DNA of 64,000 nt from Fimbriosthenelais zetlandica (GCA_977030845.1 OZ365112.1:17980001-18044000); one strand, 5' to 3'. Positions 48,327 to 61,469 are shown, counted from the stretch's first letter. Notes: a model not told the origin generated them from the letters alone. Numbers and translations are program-made.

Positions 48327-49143
48327 GAGAATATATATATATAATCCAACAAAATTAGAAGAAATAATCTTTTTGTAATAAATATGTTGCACTCGGTTCT
48401 CAACCAAAAGCATAGCCTGTGATTGGGGTAGATCCAAGGTCAATGATGGTGGTTCCTCCTCAACTATAGGTTCATGACGTAGAGACTAACTAAGCAGTGA
48501 CGTCAGAGATCTTGGTGCACTGTATGGTTAAAGTGAATTTAGATGTTTTCTTGATATAGAATTGACAGAAATTCAGGATCATGAAACAGCACACAAAACA
48601 TTTCATTACATAGGTTGTCATGTGTATTTTTCCCAAAGATCATCCCTGGAATCTTCAGTATTCTATGACCCTAGGTCATCTCTCTACACTTATCAGTAAA
48701 TACATGGTGGGAGAAGGACACCCACTGCAAACATTGGTCTTCCAAGACACCTAGCCTGAGATAGGGGGGTACCTCATCATATCTAAATTTAATTAATTAT
48801 TCTCTACAAATTCCAATAGGCATCCTTAGACATCTAACATATATGCCTTTCTTCCCAGGAAACTTTGAAATATTTCATGGAATCTGTGCATTGAATATAA
48901 TCCATAAAGCATGATGAATGATAATGCATGTAGGGCCCCTCCCCGAAGTCATGAGAGGGAATCCCAGCATGGAATATTACATATATATATATATGTATAT
49001 ATGATAGACGGCTCCAGTGGATTCACCATTAACGTTTCTGGTCATTGTTATGGGGATAAAATGAGATATTCTTCGTTCTCAGACAACGCATACATGTTGT
49101 CCCTCACTATACAATATCCTGTAGAAACACAATCACTACCATC

Positions 49144-52100
49144 ATGATCTTCATTGCCAAGTCATCTACCTTCCTTGGTTTATTTTTTATCGTTGGATTT
49201 TTGACAGAAGGTAAGGCATCGATATAGTTGGAATATCTTGTCCATTGGAAGGACGCATATTCTCCTGTATTCGGCCATTTATAATTTTGGAATAATTGAA
49301 GTTTTTTTATTCTTTCTATTTAGAAAATGTTTCTCGGCGTGAATAGTAGGTCTATATTCGAGAAACATCGTGTTAGTAAATGCGAGCGTCATGTTTGATG
49401 AATTCTGACGAGCGTTTCAGTAGTTGTTGCCGACAAAACTCCCGATTCTCAAGTTGAATCGGGTTGTCTGTAGTTGTAATGCGGTCATTAGCTTTTATGA
49501 GGCTTTTATGTTTGATGAGGGCTACTTTTGATGACGCCTGAAGAGCATTATGTTTGATGACGACAGAAGCGCGTTAAGTTTGGTGACATCTGTTGAGCGT
49601 TAATTTTGATGACGAGCGTCAGTTCACATTTTATATGAACACAGCATCATACTCGTTGGATCTTATAACTCTCTATATACTTTTTCTTCTGTCATGGGTC
49701 AAAAATTCAATTTCACTCTACAACTTGATACTGTCAGATATGAAGTACACGCCCATACTTTCAAATCCCTTGGGGTGCGCCAAGGCCCGAAGGAAACTTA
49801 TGGCGATCTCACGATTTGAATCCTTTTTTATTTACTCATGTCCTCTAACTCAAACACACACCATCGCTTCTTGTTTGGACTCTGGGATTGTTCATAAAGG
49901 ATGGGCCACGACCCTCTTCACCCTCGTCCAGGGTGAACTATATGTATGTGTTTTATGTTGATACTAGCCTGTGTAAGAAAGTTGAGTGAGCCCTTGATAT
50001 AAGTGTTAGTATAAACACTAGAACTGTCTCATACATGAACTGAATCTGATACACCTTCATTGAGAATCTTTAATATTAATGCCCTATTTTACGCAATGAA
50101 AATAGGTCTGACCATTATCAAATATAACAGCTTTGTGGATGATTTAAATGTTTTCTGCTCTCTAATGAATGTTCTTTCTCGATAATCAAAATCTTTAAAT
50201 TCTGATAGATGGAGCAGAAAGTATGAGGACTTGTGGGAAGACAATAAGGTTGGGGATTGCCAATAATCGCCAGCCCAGAATCGTCAAGTATCCTGACCGG
50301 GAGTCAGGTGATGGTGAGAGCCCTGTTCCTCCTCTGACCTGTAGATGGGAAATCACTTCACCTCCTGATACCAGTATCCACGCCAGGTTTGATGCTTTTA
50401 GTCTTCCACAAGAGAACGACAATAGGCAATGTGCGAAGGATGTGCTTGAGATTCATGCGGGCACCAAACATGTTGGAAGGTACATGTATATTATCAATAT
50501 TAATCGGTTACCCTTTTTACTTTATCGCTAGTACTACTAGTATCTACTAGTACGTAGTCATATCAAATACATCTTATTGAGCATCTAAAGTAGACCCATA
50601 TCTGTCAGTGTCAATATAAATAGTATGTTATGTGCTTCAGATTCTGTGGGACTAATGTGCCTGGTGGCATAAGAGGAATAAAGATACACGGCGGTACCAT
50701 GATTTTGATGCTGATACTTGAAAGTGAACTGGGAGAAAGCAATGGATTCCTTATCCGTCTTACCATATTGCAATTAGAAACTCCGTCTGAAGATGGAATC
50801 TTGTCGTGTAGAGACGGTAAGTCTTTCAGACTAGCCCCAAGGATAGTAGAGTTACTAAATAGAGTATCCTTGCTAGCCCTAAATCAAGTATTCATGAAAG
50901 AATAGTGTATGTCATTAACCGTGGGTCAAGTATGTTTTCTAGCTCTCTCGTTGCAGGCCCAACAGTGTTTTGTTGTAGAAATGGTGTAACTTTGTCTGCC
51001 GCTGACAGATGTAACCAGAAGGACAATTGTGGGGATGGTTCTGATGAATCTTTGGCTGCTGGATGTTCAGGTTTGAAGAAATCTCTTTTACATCCTGATA
51101 TTAAGACTTAAATACTGAGCTATGTTCTATAGGCCTATAGTTATGACATACTTATGATGAAGTTTTGTCGATGCGTCGTAGGCACCCTACTTTAATTCTT
51201 TTTCTTTTTAGGTTATTTTCAGTGCAGGAACAAAGAGGAAATCTTGAAGACAAAGGAATGTAATCAAATTTGTGATTGTGACGATTGTTCTGATGAGAAG
51301 CAGTGCTGTAAGTATTTTACTTCATCAAATTAGTGCCAAAGCCTATATCCTCCCCACCCCAGTATTAAAGACTGCGGGACAGACGTAGTTCTATGTTTAG
51401 TTGATCGGTTTTCAATTTTATACATTTTCACCTTTATAGCTAGCCACTACATGTGCAATGATGACTCTACAGCTGTCCTCAAATCTCAAGTTTGTGACGG
51501 ACAGAAGAACTGTCCCGATGGTGATGATGAACGCAGAGATGCTGGATGTGAAAGTCAGTTGAGATATCCTTCTTTAATATGTGTTTTGATTGATGTATTT
51601 TGTGTTAGGATTTAGCAACCTTGGATTTATTGTGGACAATTCTAAAACTTGCAGAGGATTTTTGTGATTTTTCGCCATGTCAAAACGATGGGGCATGCTC
51701 CAGTGATGGTCCTTCCTACAAATGCTCATGTACTTCAGGTTGGTCTGGATCCAGATGTACACAGGGTAAGAGATCTGTTCCCATTTTCTTTAATTATAAT
51801 TTCTATTTTTAACTTTTCAATAAATTTCAAACAGAAGTTGTGAAGGGTTAATGGTGTCTTATATTTTTAAGATACCAAAGATGACTGTGCCAGCCAGCCA
51901 TGTCTAAATTCCGCTGAGTGTTGGGATGGTTTTCACCGTTATTACTGTGTTTGTCCGGTTGGTTTCTATGGTTATAATTGTGAAAAAGGTCAGTTTCCTC
52001 TTCCAAACCCCATTTGATACCTTGAAAATATCAGTCGTATCCTTTAGTTAAAGATTTCAAAGCATTATATGAACGACTATAATACTTTTTGTTTATTTAA

Positions 52101-55100
52101 GTGTCTGGAAATTGGCCTTCAAATACCTTGTCTGTGGATGGAGACAATGGAGAAGACAATAACTCCTGTGGGAGCTTGGAGGAGCCATGCAAATCGCTTG
52201 TGTAGCTATTATATTCTCATTATTAAATACTGAAATGAATCATTATTGAGATGTTTCTTTTCATATGGTTGATGACTAATGATTGATTATTGCTTTTCTA
52301 GTTATGGATTGGCCAGGGTAGCTTCCTTCTCGAGGATTCACTTGTTTAATGCCAGCAGGCCTTATACGATAAAGTCGTGGGTCAATCGGAGGATCGCGAT
52401 TTTTGGCAGAGAACAAGATCCTACTTATTTCCCCAAATTGATCTTCGACGATGTCGTTATCACTGAAACTCGACCAAAGTCTGGTTCTGATCTGTGGCTC
52501 AGCAATATCAGATTGTCTGGTAATGCTTATCTTGGTGATGCAAAACTAGTTCTTGATACTGTCAACTTGTCTGGTTTTGCCTTGGATCTTGAAAGCCAAC
52601 GAAGAGTGGATATACACAGAACCTCTCTTGTAATTGACAACTGCAATGTTTCTGAATCAAAATTCATACTAGGAACAAGCCTAGAGGAATTGGATAGTAT
52701 CCCTGCTAATGTTGACATGACAATAAGCAGCTCTTATATCACAGATTCAAGGATTTACACTGCCGGAAAAACAGCTCAAATACTAGTGAGACAAGCTACT
52801 TTCAGTGGAGGTAATGTGAGGTCTGAGGACAAAAAGTCACCCTTTTCAGTATTGGTGGGTTCTCCTAGTAACATGCCAAATGGAGATGAGGGTCATAGAC
52901 CCAAGTCCAAGGCTGAAATGGGAGGGCCAGGACCGAGAAGTCGTGGTAACAGAATTGATGTATTTGACAGCAGTTTTGAAAGTTGTTACAGGGGAAAGGA
53001 CGAGTCAAATGCTGCCATGCGGCTTGGGATATTTGAAGAAGTCAATATTCACATCAGAAATACAAGATTTGAAGGAAACCGTAGAGGTTTGAGGATTCAT
53101 GTGGATGCATCAAAGCGTGGAAGTCTAGACATAACAGAGTCCCAATTCATTGACAACCATGCAATAGGCCCTGGTGGTGGCTTGCTGTTTAGCCAGTCCA
53201 GAGGAGCATTCAGTTTTAGATTAGATAATAATATATTTACTGGAAATTCGGCTGAGGGATTGAAAGGTACGGTTCTGGATGAATCGAGTAAACCTTCCCA
53301 CATAACAGGTAGTGGTGGTGCAATTGCTGTCGATGCCAAACCCTCTTTTAGATTTGGAAGCAGTGCAGAAAGGACAAAACATATTCTTGACATAACCAAC
53401 ACGGTATTTGAAAACAATACTGCCGAAAGTTTCGGTGGTACCATTTACCTCACTTCTGAAGTCAGTGCTAATCTAAGAAATAACTCTTTTTCTAATACAG
53501 CCAGTGTCAGAGGAATGAGGGCAAGAATTGGAGACATTTTGGAGGCAAGAGGGAGGTTGGTCATGTCTGATAACAAATTTGAAGCTCGGTCTTCTGAAGA
53601 CACTAAACCTATAATCTCTTATCGAGCTGACAGAGATGATAGTTTTCTATTGCCCCAGAATTTAACATTATATTGTTCAGCTAATTATGAAACAAGACCT
53701 ATCTATGATTACATCGAATCAAACACCTCAACCAGTGTAGCAGTCCTCCTCTTTTATTGTAAGGCTTGTTCCACGTATCAGTACAGTTTAACAGGTTCAA
53801 CTCTCATCATGTCGAGCAGTCCAGGACAGTTTATGTTAGATACCAGTGCAGAGCACAGTTGTCAAAAATGCCCATACGGAGCTAACTGTGTCTCAAAAAT
53901 AGTTGCGAAACCCAATTACTGGGGTATAAATGTTAATAATCAGGTCTTCATGTATCCTTGTCCTGAGAATTACTGCTGCCAGTCTGATTTCTGTACGACT
54001 TATGATTCTTGTGCTGAAAACCGAGTTGGTGTCTTGTGTGGAGAGTGCAAATCTGGCTACACAGAATCTCTCTTTTCTGCAGAGTGTATTGTTAATAGTG
54101 AATGTGGCATAAGTTCATGGTTCTGGGTGATAATTGTAGTTTATGGACTGTGCTATGTCTTCTTTTTCATTCTGCAGACCGAATTGAGGATATTAATAAT
54201 GAATTTTTCTGATTGGGTGAAAAAGCATTTTGCAAGATGGCAGCAAAGATGTACTTGTAGGACAACTGAAGTCAACAGCATGAAACATGGACCTAAAGAC
54301 TATGTCAGACAACCATCGAACAGATTGGACAAAAATAATGCTTATTTACAGATTATAATGTATTACATTCAAATAACCTCTCTCTTGAGTACAAGCATCA
54401 TTTATGAAGATGGTAGGGACGAACCAGTTGGGGGTCTGAAAAACTTAGTTGAAGGAACATTTAGTCTCTCTGCCCTTGGAATATCTGCGAACACATGTTT
54501 ATTTACTGGAGTAACTGCTGTGTTAAAAACATGGATCAAGTCTGGTTTCCTTCTTTACCTTTATTTTGTCTGGCTGATTTTGTATGCCATGGCCAAATGC
54601 CTTAGTCGGACAAACTATATACCAGATACCATCCATGAAGTCCCTATGGATTCCAGATTTGTAGTGGCCTTTGTGGACCTGATGCTCTATACATACCAGT
54701 ACTTCGCAGAGAACTCCTTCCTGATGTTAAAGTGTATTAAAATTGAATCTCTGGAAACAGAGGTCCTGTATGTATCAGGCAGTGTATTTTGCTATCAACC
54801 GTGGCAATACCTTGTGGTTGCATTTGCATTTGTGTATGTCTTCCCTTATTCAGTTGTGCTCACTGTAGCCCCAAAGCTGCTGAAAATTAGGAAGATCTCT
54901 GTCAAGGTCTTTGTAATTTCTGTCATACTTCCACTATTCTCTGCACCATATTTGCTCTTCATTTACATCAAAGAATGCTACTCTGATAATAGAAGTACTG
55001 ATAGGAGGCAATTGAAGGAGCAGAGGTATCATAAAGATGGAGGTACAGTTGACGCTGTGGTGGAGGTGGTGGCTGAGCCATACAGGAGTGATTTGGCTGG

Positions 55101-55824
55101 TGGGCTTTGCTGGGAAGGCATGATTGCCTTTAGAAGACTTATCCTTGTCCTCATTGCCACCCTAGTGACCAGTAGCCTCTACCGCCATCTTGGATTGATG
55201 TTAAGCAGCTTTATTATTTTAGCATTACATCTTCGTTTTGAGCCTTTCGTCTCCAAATCATGCAACAAATTGGAAACTTTATCCCTGGGAACTCTGCTTC
55301 TCATAAGCATCATGAACCTTTTAAAGGCGTCATACTTTGAGTCAGGAGAGATACCCAAAGGGCCAGCAGATACCATCTTACTCATTTGGGACTGGATTGA
55401 ATTGATGATTTTTGTAGCAGTTCCATGCTTCCTCCTTTTTTGCATAATATGTGCACTTCTGCTCCGTATTGCTGCTTTATGCATAAAAAATTGCAGGAGA
55501 TTCAGAGACAGCAGGAACAACCTTCATACAAATAATTTTGATCCACCAGCGTACAATGAACGTTATTCTGAAGCTGAATGGAGGCCTGATTTGGCCTCAA
55601 GAAATGCTGAACAATCTTTATGGGGAAGTCATGTGACTGAGATGAATGTCAGTGGCCCTCGTTACCGGAGAAGGAGGTCTTTACCCTCTGTGTTTGAGGC
55701 TTTCCCTCCTCAAGGAGACTCTGATTGGCCGAGTTGGTCAGGCAGAAGCAACACATCTTTAATAAGAGATTACAACCAATACTCTGGTGCCTATAACCCT
55801 GGGTTTTACTATAATCCACAGTGA
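49144..55824 (+). CDS. Large receptor-like protein: signal-CUB-3xLDLa-2xEGF-Pmp-like beta-helix-Cys-rich-multipass TM (~9-10)-tail, ~1562 aa, 10 coding exons
   Basis: join(49144..49210,50209..50479,50641..50816,50957..51070,51212..51307,51440..51553,51655..51765,51872..51988,52102..52201,52302..55824). CUB (C.W.I...RF..F.L...C..D.L); LDLa (C.DGSDE, CSDE, CPDGDDE); EGF (CQNDGAC..YKCSCTSGWSGSRC); G.D...CG...PCKS; F..N.A...GG[AG][IL] repeats; CPYGANC..NYWG..CPENYCC; hydrophobic segments. The exon 9 donor (GT|GTAGCT) is weak. AATAAA at ~55957. Confidence 0.88.
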
Positions 55825-56302
55825 TCAATGTATATTGTAGGCTACTTTACTATAAGGCTTGATTACAACCAGAGAAAAATGTATTGGCCTAAGCTAGTTG
55901 GCCTAATAAGGCCTAGGCATCACCTTCATATACCCGCGCCAAATCTAATTAGGCAATAAAATGAATAAAGAAACCAGTTATAAATTCCATCTATTGCATC
56001 TTTTGGTTTATTGTGTTTCTTTCCGAGGATTAAATGTAGCATTAAATGTTCCCGTTGGGCTTTATAATTATAGGGCCTACAATACATCTTTACTTTGTCC
56101 CGTATCAAAACCCCTCTGAACTTGATGGTGATCATGCAGCCAAGTATTTTGCATTTCCGATTCATAGATGATGAGAAAACTCTTCATTTAAAATCAGGAA
56201 ACAAAATAACTACTTCTGATCCGTTATTTTCCTCTATACCACTTGAATATTCATTCACGGGGCCTATTCTACCTTCATCAGAGCCATTTGACAAGGCATC
56301 TA

Positions 56303-56356
56303 TAGGCTAGAGCGGAAGTAGGCGCTGTAACGCGGCAATCAGTCACGTGGTGGCAG
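56303..56356 (+). promoter_or_regulatory. Probable ACAD promoter with ETS-like (CGGAAGT) and E-box (GTCACGTG) motifs
   Basis: agagcggaagtaggcg and cagtcacgtggtgg lie ~120-170 nt upstream of the ATG in a CpG-rich patch. Confidence 0.4.
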
Positions 56357-56476
56357 CACATGTTTGTCATGTGACCAACACTGGATGTCCGTACTTCTCA
56401 GATCAAAACATTGTCCCGTGTTCAGGGGTTATATCCATCATTAGGAGGTCAAACGCCTCCTTTTCAACGGGTTATA

Positions 56477-58588
56477 ATGTTGTCACTCGGGAGAATACTT
56501 TCTAGGATTAAACCTCAATGTTTTCTTGAGGTAGGAGCAAGAAGTCACAGTATTACCGCGGAAATTAGGCCCGAGACCCTGTTCACTGAGCAACACGAGG
56601 CACTCAAAACGTCATTAGAGAAGGTATGGTACGGTACCGTACCCTAAGGCCTAACTAGTAACTTTCTCATTTACGGTATGACATGTCACAGTAGCGTAAC
56701 CTCTGATCCTCATTATCTAATCCATTCATTCATTCATTCATTCATTCATTCATTCATTCAGGGTTGTTTTTGTTAGGTCTACTAGGCCTAGGCCTACCTA
56801 CCCCTATTTTTGTTGAAGGTGGGGAGGGTACCCGTATGATACAAATATTATATATCACTTCAGATTATTGACAAGGATATTAATCCCTATGTGGACCAAT
56901 GGGAGGCAGAAGGACAATTCCCTGCTCGGGAAGTCTTTAAAAAACTAGGAGATGGTGGTTTCCTAGGCGTAACCAAACCCACAGGTAAGCAAAACCAGAG
57001 AACTGTAGAAAAAAACATTTAAAAAAATGAGTTTTTCTTGGCATCAATTTAGTATCATAGCCCTGCACTTTTCCTTGAACTTTTAACCTGTCTAAAATCT
57101 ACATGTAAAAAATATAAATACGATTATTAAAAAAATTGTGAATCTAATAAATGTTTCGTCACTCCGTTATTTCAGAATATGGGGGTCTTGGGTTAGACTA
57201 CACCTATTCAGTTGCTGTAGCAGAGGGACTGGGGAAAATACGTTGTGGTGGTATTCCCATGGCAATTGGTGTTCAAACTGACATGGCTACTCCAGCCCTG
57301 GCCAGGTAAATATTGATTTTCTTTTGTATTTCTAATTTTGACATTTTATAGCCTATCACAAGGTGCCCTCACCTCATCCTGAATCATGGAGAGTATGGAG
57401 TGTGAAACCTGAGTTTGACATGAGGGGACAGCAGCAGTGATGTTTCCTTTAGCCTGAAAAGAAAGTTTTTGTATTTACCTAACTTCTTCCTATTCCAGAT
57501 TTGGCAGTGAGAAAGTAAAGGAGGAGTTTTTAATGCCTTCCATCAGTGGTGACCGTATTGCCTGCCTGGGCGTCAGTGAAGTCGGTGCAGGCTCAGATGT
57601 AGCTAGTAAGAAATTAAATTAAATCCCACCCACCTTTTAAAAATCATTCAAAAACTTTGTGGATTGTTCTGACAAAGCTTTATATATAATCATTCAAAAT
57701 GTAATTTCATTATTAATTTGTAGGCATTAAAACTACGGCTGTGAAGCAGGGAGATGACTACATCATTAATGGTGGTAAAATGTGGACAACAAACGGTTTC
57801 CAGGCTGACTGGATGTGTCTGCTAGCCAACATCAGTAACGATGCTCCACACAGGAACAAGGCACTCTTCTGTCTCCCCATGGATACCCCAGGTGGCCTCA
57901 CTAGTCTTACAATATCACATTTGTAAATAGCAAACTCAGAATATATTTTTTTTCATTGCTTAATTTTGACATTCATTTCCTGGGTGTTTTGCTTATACCT
58001 ATTTTGATCCTTTACTGAAGGTGTCATACTCTCCAAGCGAATTGACAAGTTGGGCATGAGATCTTCCGATACAGCTCAGGTATATTAATTCTGTTGCAAT
58101 TTTTAATCGACATTCAAAGTCAGAAATCGATAGAAATTACATTTGAATTTATCCCCATCTGTCAGGTATTTTTTGAGGATGTGAGGATCCCCCGGAGTTA
58201 TATAATAGGGGAGGAGGGACAAGGCTTCACGTACCAAATGCTTCAGTTCCAGGAAGAACGTATCTACGCTGCAGCTGTCTGTATGTACCCCAGATATTAC
58301 TTTTATCTGATTAATGAAACCAAAGTTGTCTGATGTCAATGAATTAGAATATCTCCCATGATACTAAAGATTTGTACAAAATATATGTATACCAGAAATT
58401 TACCCCCTAAATAATTTTTTTCTCAGGTTTAGAACCTTTGACTGCGTTGATTCAGGAGACACTCGAGTACACGAAGGAGCGTAAGATCTTCAATCAACCC
58501 ATCCTCCACAACCAAACAGTACACTTCCGGCTAGCTGAGCTGGAAACGGAAGTGGAGCTGCTCCGCTCATTAGTGTACCGGACAGTTG
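56477..58588 (+). CDS. Mitochondrial acyl-CoA dehydrogenase (helix-G catalytic Glu, LCAD/IVD-like position); 3' exons not found in window
   Basis: join(56477..56623,56864..56984,57176..57305,57499..57605,57724..57891,58021..58079,58166..58280,58427..58588), ~336 aa. Arg/Ser-rich presequence; [64 protein letters not shown]. The last exon ends in a donor (G|GTGAGT). Confidence 0.9.
56721..56760. repeat. (CATT)n microsatellite in ACAD intron 1
   Basis: About 10 perfect CATT units. Confidence 0.9.
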
Positions 58589-59881
58589 GTGAGTCACTCA
58601 GATTTACTATCTCAGATTAATTTTTTTTTTTCAGATGATTTATTCTCATATATGTTGTCTTCAAATATCCCATGTATGCCATCTCATGATCTCCAATTTA
58701 CTAACGTTTAATGTTTAGGTAGGTCTGATTGTAATGAATTTTATTGGTTATTTTTGATATGTACAAAGCATATTGTCCAGAACTTATTACCGGTACTCAA
58801 AAGAGTAACACCATGAATCATACATGTTGAAAAGGATATTTCACATTGAGAAGTTTCTGTATCATATATTTGTGTATACATATATAAGTATATGCCTTAG
58901 TTCAGCTCCAAATTTACACGTGAATTTACAGGTGCTCTACTGAATATATTCATACACTTCAGTTCCTCTCTTTCACCACTTTTAATAGACACGAATAAAA
59001 TATCTTGCATAGTTTGCATCTCACAGCTATCGGCTTTGTGAGTTTAGAATTGCCCCTTTATACATTACCTAGAGATAATATATCCCTTTATCTTGCGGGA
59101 TAGTTTGGCCAACCAGAAATCTTAATATTTTCTAAACCATTCATTACATAGATCATATGAAGGATTCAAATAACCTACATTCCAAGATAGTTTTTTTTCC
59201 ACGCTTGACTTACTTCAAGGAGGAAGGTCTTCTACCCTCAATAGACAAGCGTTAAACTTCCCTAAAGAAGTCACTTGGTTATATTTGCCCCGTGGCGTCT
59301 GAGGGATTCTAACATCTATAATTGCACGCGTATCTGTGCCTACCCTCAATGGTAAAGTTCAGACCTAATGGGTGACTTCAGAAATGGCCACGAATGAGGG
59401 GGACATAGTGGTTGATGGCTAGCTTACCGTACTATCCTGCTTATAAGAAAATATCATCTTTGAAGTCAGTGTGGATTTTGCCTCAGTATTCCAGTAGCAA
59501 TTGAGTGGCGATATACACATAAGCTGTTAAGATATAGATTCTACATGGAAAAGTACCTTAAGGAAGGGGAAAACCTCAATTAATATTCAATACATCAAGC
59601 AAAGTGTTATCATTTCATTATAACCAATTTTCGAAAGGACTCGCAGTACCGGCAAATTATATCTGGATACTCGTTCTTTATTAAATTAATGTATTTTGCA
59701 GAGAGCAACTATGATGTTATCTTGAAATTGGTCAAGTATAGATTAGTCCAAGCTCTATAAAAATCAGTCCCTTGTATATAAGAACGGTTGGAAACGGATA
59801 TTTTCAATGAATCGACAATTTATGACTTCCAATTCCCTATGAAGATGCAAAAATTGATATATAAATGTTCTTTTCACCCTA

Positions 59882-60413
59882 TCATTGGTCGTCAAGACAG
59901 CCTATGATATCAGCTCGCATGCATTTGTTGCCTTCTGATGAGGTTAGAGGTATAACTCTGACGTACCGCGCTCTGATTGGCTGCCAGAACATGTTGGTTC
60001 TTACAGTGTTTCTGTCCATATTCCCTGCAAATATCTGTAAAGGAGAAATATATAGTTTTACTTTTACAATGAAATCTTTTTAAAGTAATTTAGATTTATT
60101 GATGACAGTCCATAATGAACTTTCATGACTGCCAGTACTGAACTTTCATAACTGCTATGACTGAGTTACTCTGTTGAGAGCAGACAAGTGCTAAGGTTTA
60201 GATTATTGGCATTTCTTACCTCCACATCTCCGATGACGTCGCGATACGCCATCCACTGTGTCGTGTCTAGGCTGGGATCACTGTCAGTGTAGTTAACTCT
60301 GTATGACGTCACCCATTGGTCATAGTCAGAGCGGCCTCGTGTGAGCACGCCCTGGACTAACTTGGACTTACCAAGGTCATACTGTAACCATTCCTCGGCG
60401 TCATTGGGCTCCT
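59882..60413 (-). CDS. Last two exons of a discoidin/F5-8 type C (FA58C) domain gene; 5' exons not identified
   Basis: complement join(60413..60220,60034..59882): EWLQYDLGKSKLVQGVLTRGRSDYDQWVTSYRVNY...|IFAGNMDRNTVRTNMFWQPIRARYVRVIP...CMRADIIGCLDDQ*. Good acceptors and donor; in phase; ends in a stop. Confidence 0.85.
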
Positions 60414-61455
60414 CTGAAAATTATAAAAGAACGATCAGAATATAGATGTAAATATGGTTATGGAATTGAATGATAATATTGCATATATCAGATACTACAG
60501 TTTTTAATTAATGTAGATGCCCCCGATAATTATGTCGATAGTGCTGTCAAGGATCGGATGGATTCCCCTCAAAATTTTATTATAAGTCACTCACATTGAT
60601 GACCATTGACGAATCTTCATGTCTTTATAATTATGAGAATATTTTAATTTTTTGTGTCAGAGAGGATATCCTTGGTGAGAACATCCTGGCAAGAGTTAGT
60701 GAGAGTTTGCTCTATTGCAACAAAAGATCAGTCTCTCAAGTGATGAGTGACATATCTCAATTATTACCTACTTGGTTAAGCTTTTGTTCTATATTTCTGG
60801 TTTAGATTTAGACTGAAAATGTTCAGATGGATTACAGAATATATTATTACGGATTATAGAAGTTTTCTTTATATATGAGTAAAGCACCATTCTGGAGTAG
60901 AATGTTGATAAATTGGCGGATTAAAAGCAGGGATGCAGATTTAAATCTGGTTGTCGGATGGTAGGGACTATGGTTGTTTGAGACTAGAAATGTCCAGTTA
61001 TAGTAGGGTACAAATATGAGTCAAGCAAGCAAATCAGTTTGCCCTTAGGCTGTAGAAACCTGTAAGGGCTGCACTCTTAGTCCTATTCATGCCGTCTACC
61101 TTGATGGATCCTTACTTTGTTGACCTGATTTTTGTATACCTTCTATGGTTTAAATAACCAGGGGCCCATATTATAATTAACTCTCTGAAATGGGTCCCAG
61201 AGTTAATATACATCATGTTTTGGTCTTCAAAATCTGATACTTGCATTAATAAATTAATTAATACAGGTTTGAATAGGGGTGAAAGCCACCATTGATCATG
61301 CCTGAATGCAAGTCCTGAAGATTAATTTCTCCCAACATGAAGTTTAAAGTGAAAAAAGTGTGTAAAATAATAGAATGACAGATGTTGGTGGTGGAAGCAT
61401 GCCACCCCGCCCCCTCATCACGGTCCTCTGATTGCCAAGGTGAACGGAGTCATCG

Positions 61456-61469
61456 GTTACCATGGAAAC
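61456..61469. promoter_or_regulatory. RFX X-box-like palindrome GTTACCATGGAAAC
   Basis: Exact match to GTYNCY-AT-RGNAAC; lies next to a GC-rich patch. Confidence 0.4.

Noticed and set aside
49385-49420. C/D-box snoRNA (TGATGA...CTGA)
   Set aside because: The boxes are only a few nt apart with no terminal stem or guide region.
52279-55824. Calling the large ORF an adhesion or other classical 7TM GPCR, or a bacterial Pmp contaminant
   Set aside because: No GAIN/GPS or rhodopsin motifs and more than seven hydrophobic segments; it is preceded by an in-phase acceptor linking to metazoan exons and has no autotransporter beta-barrel.
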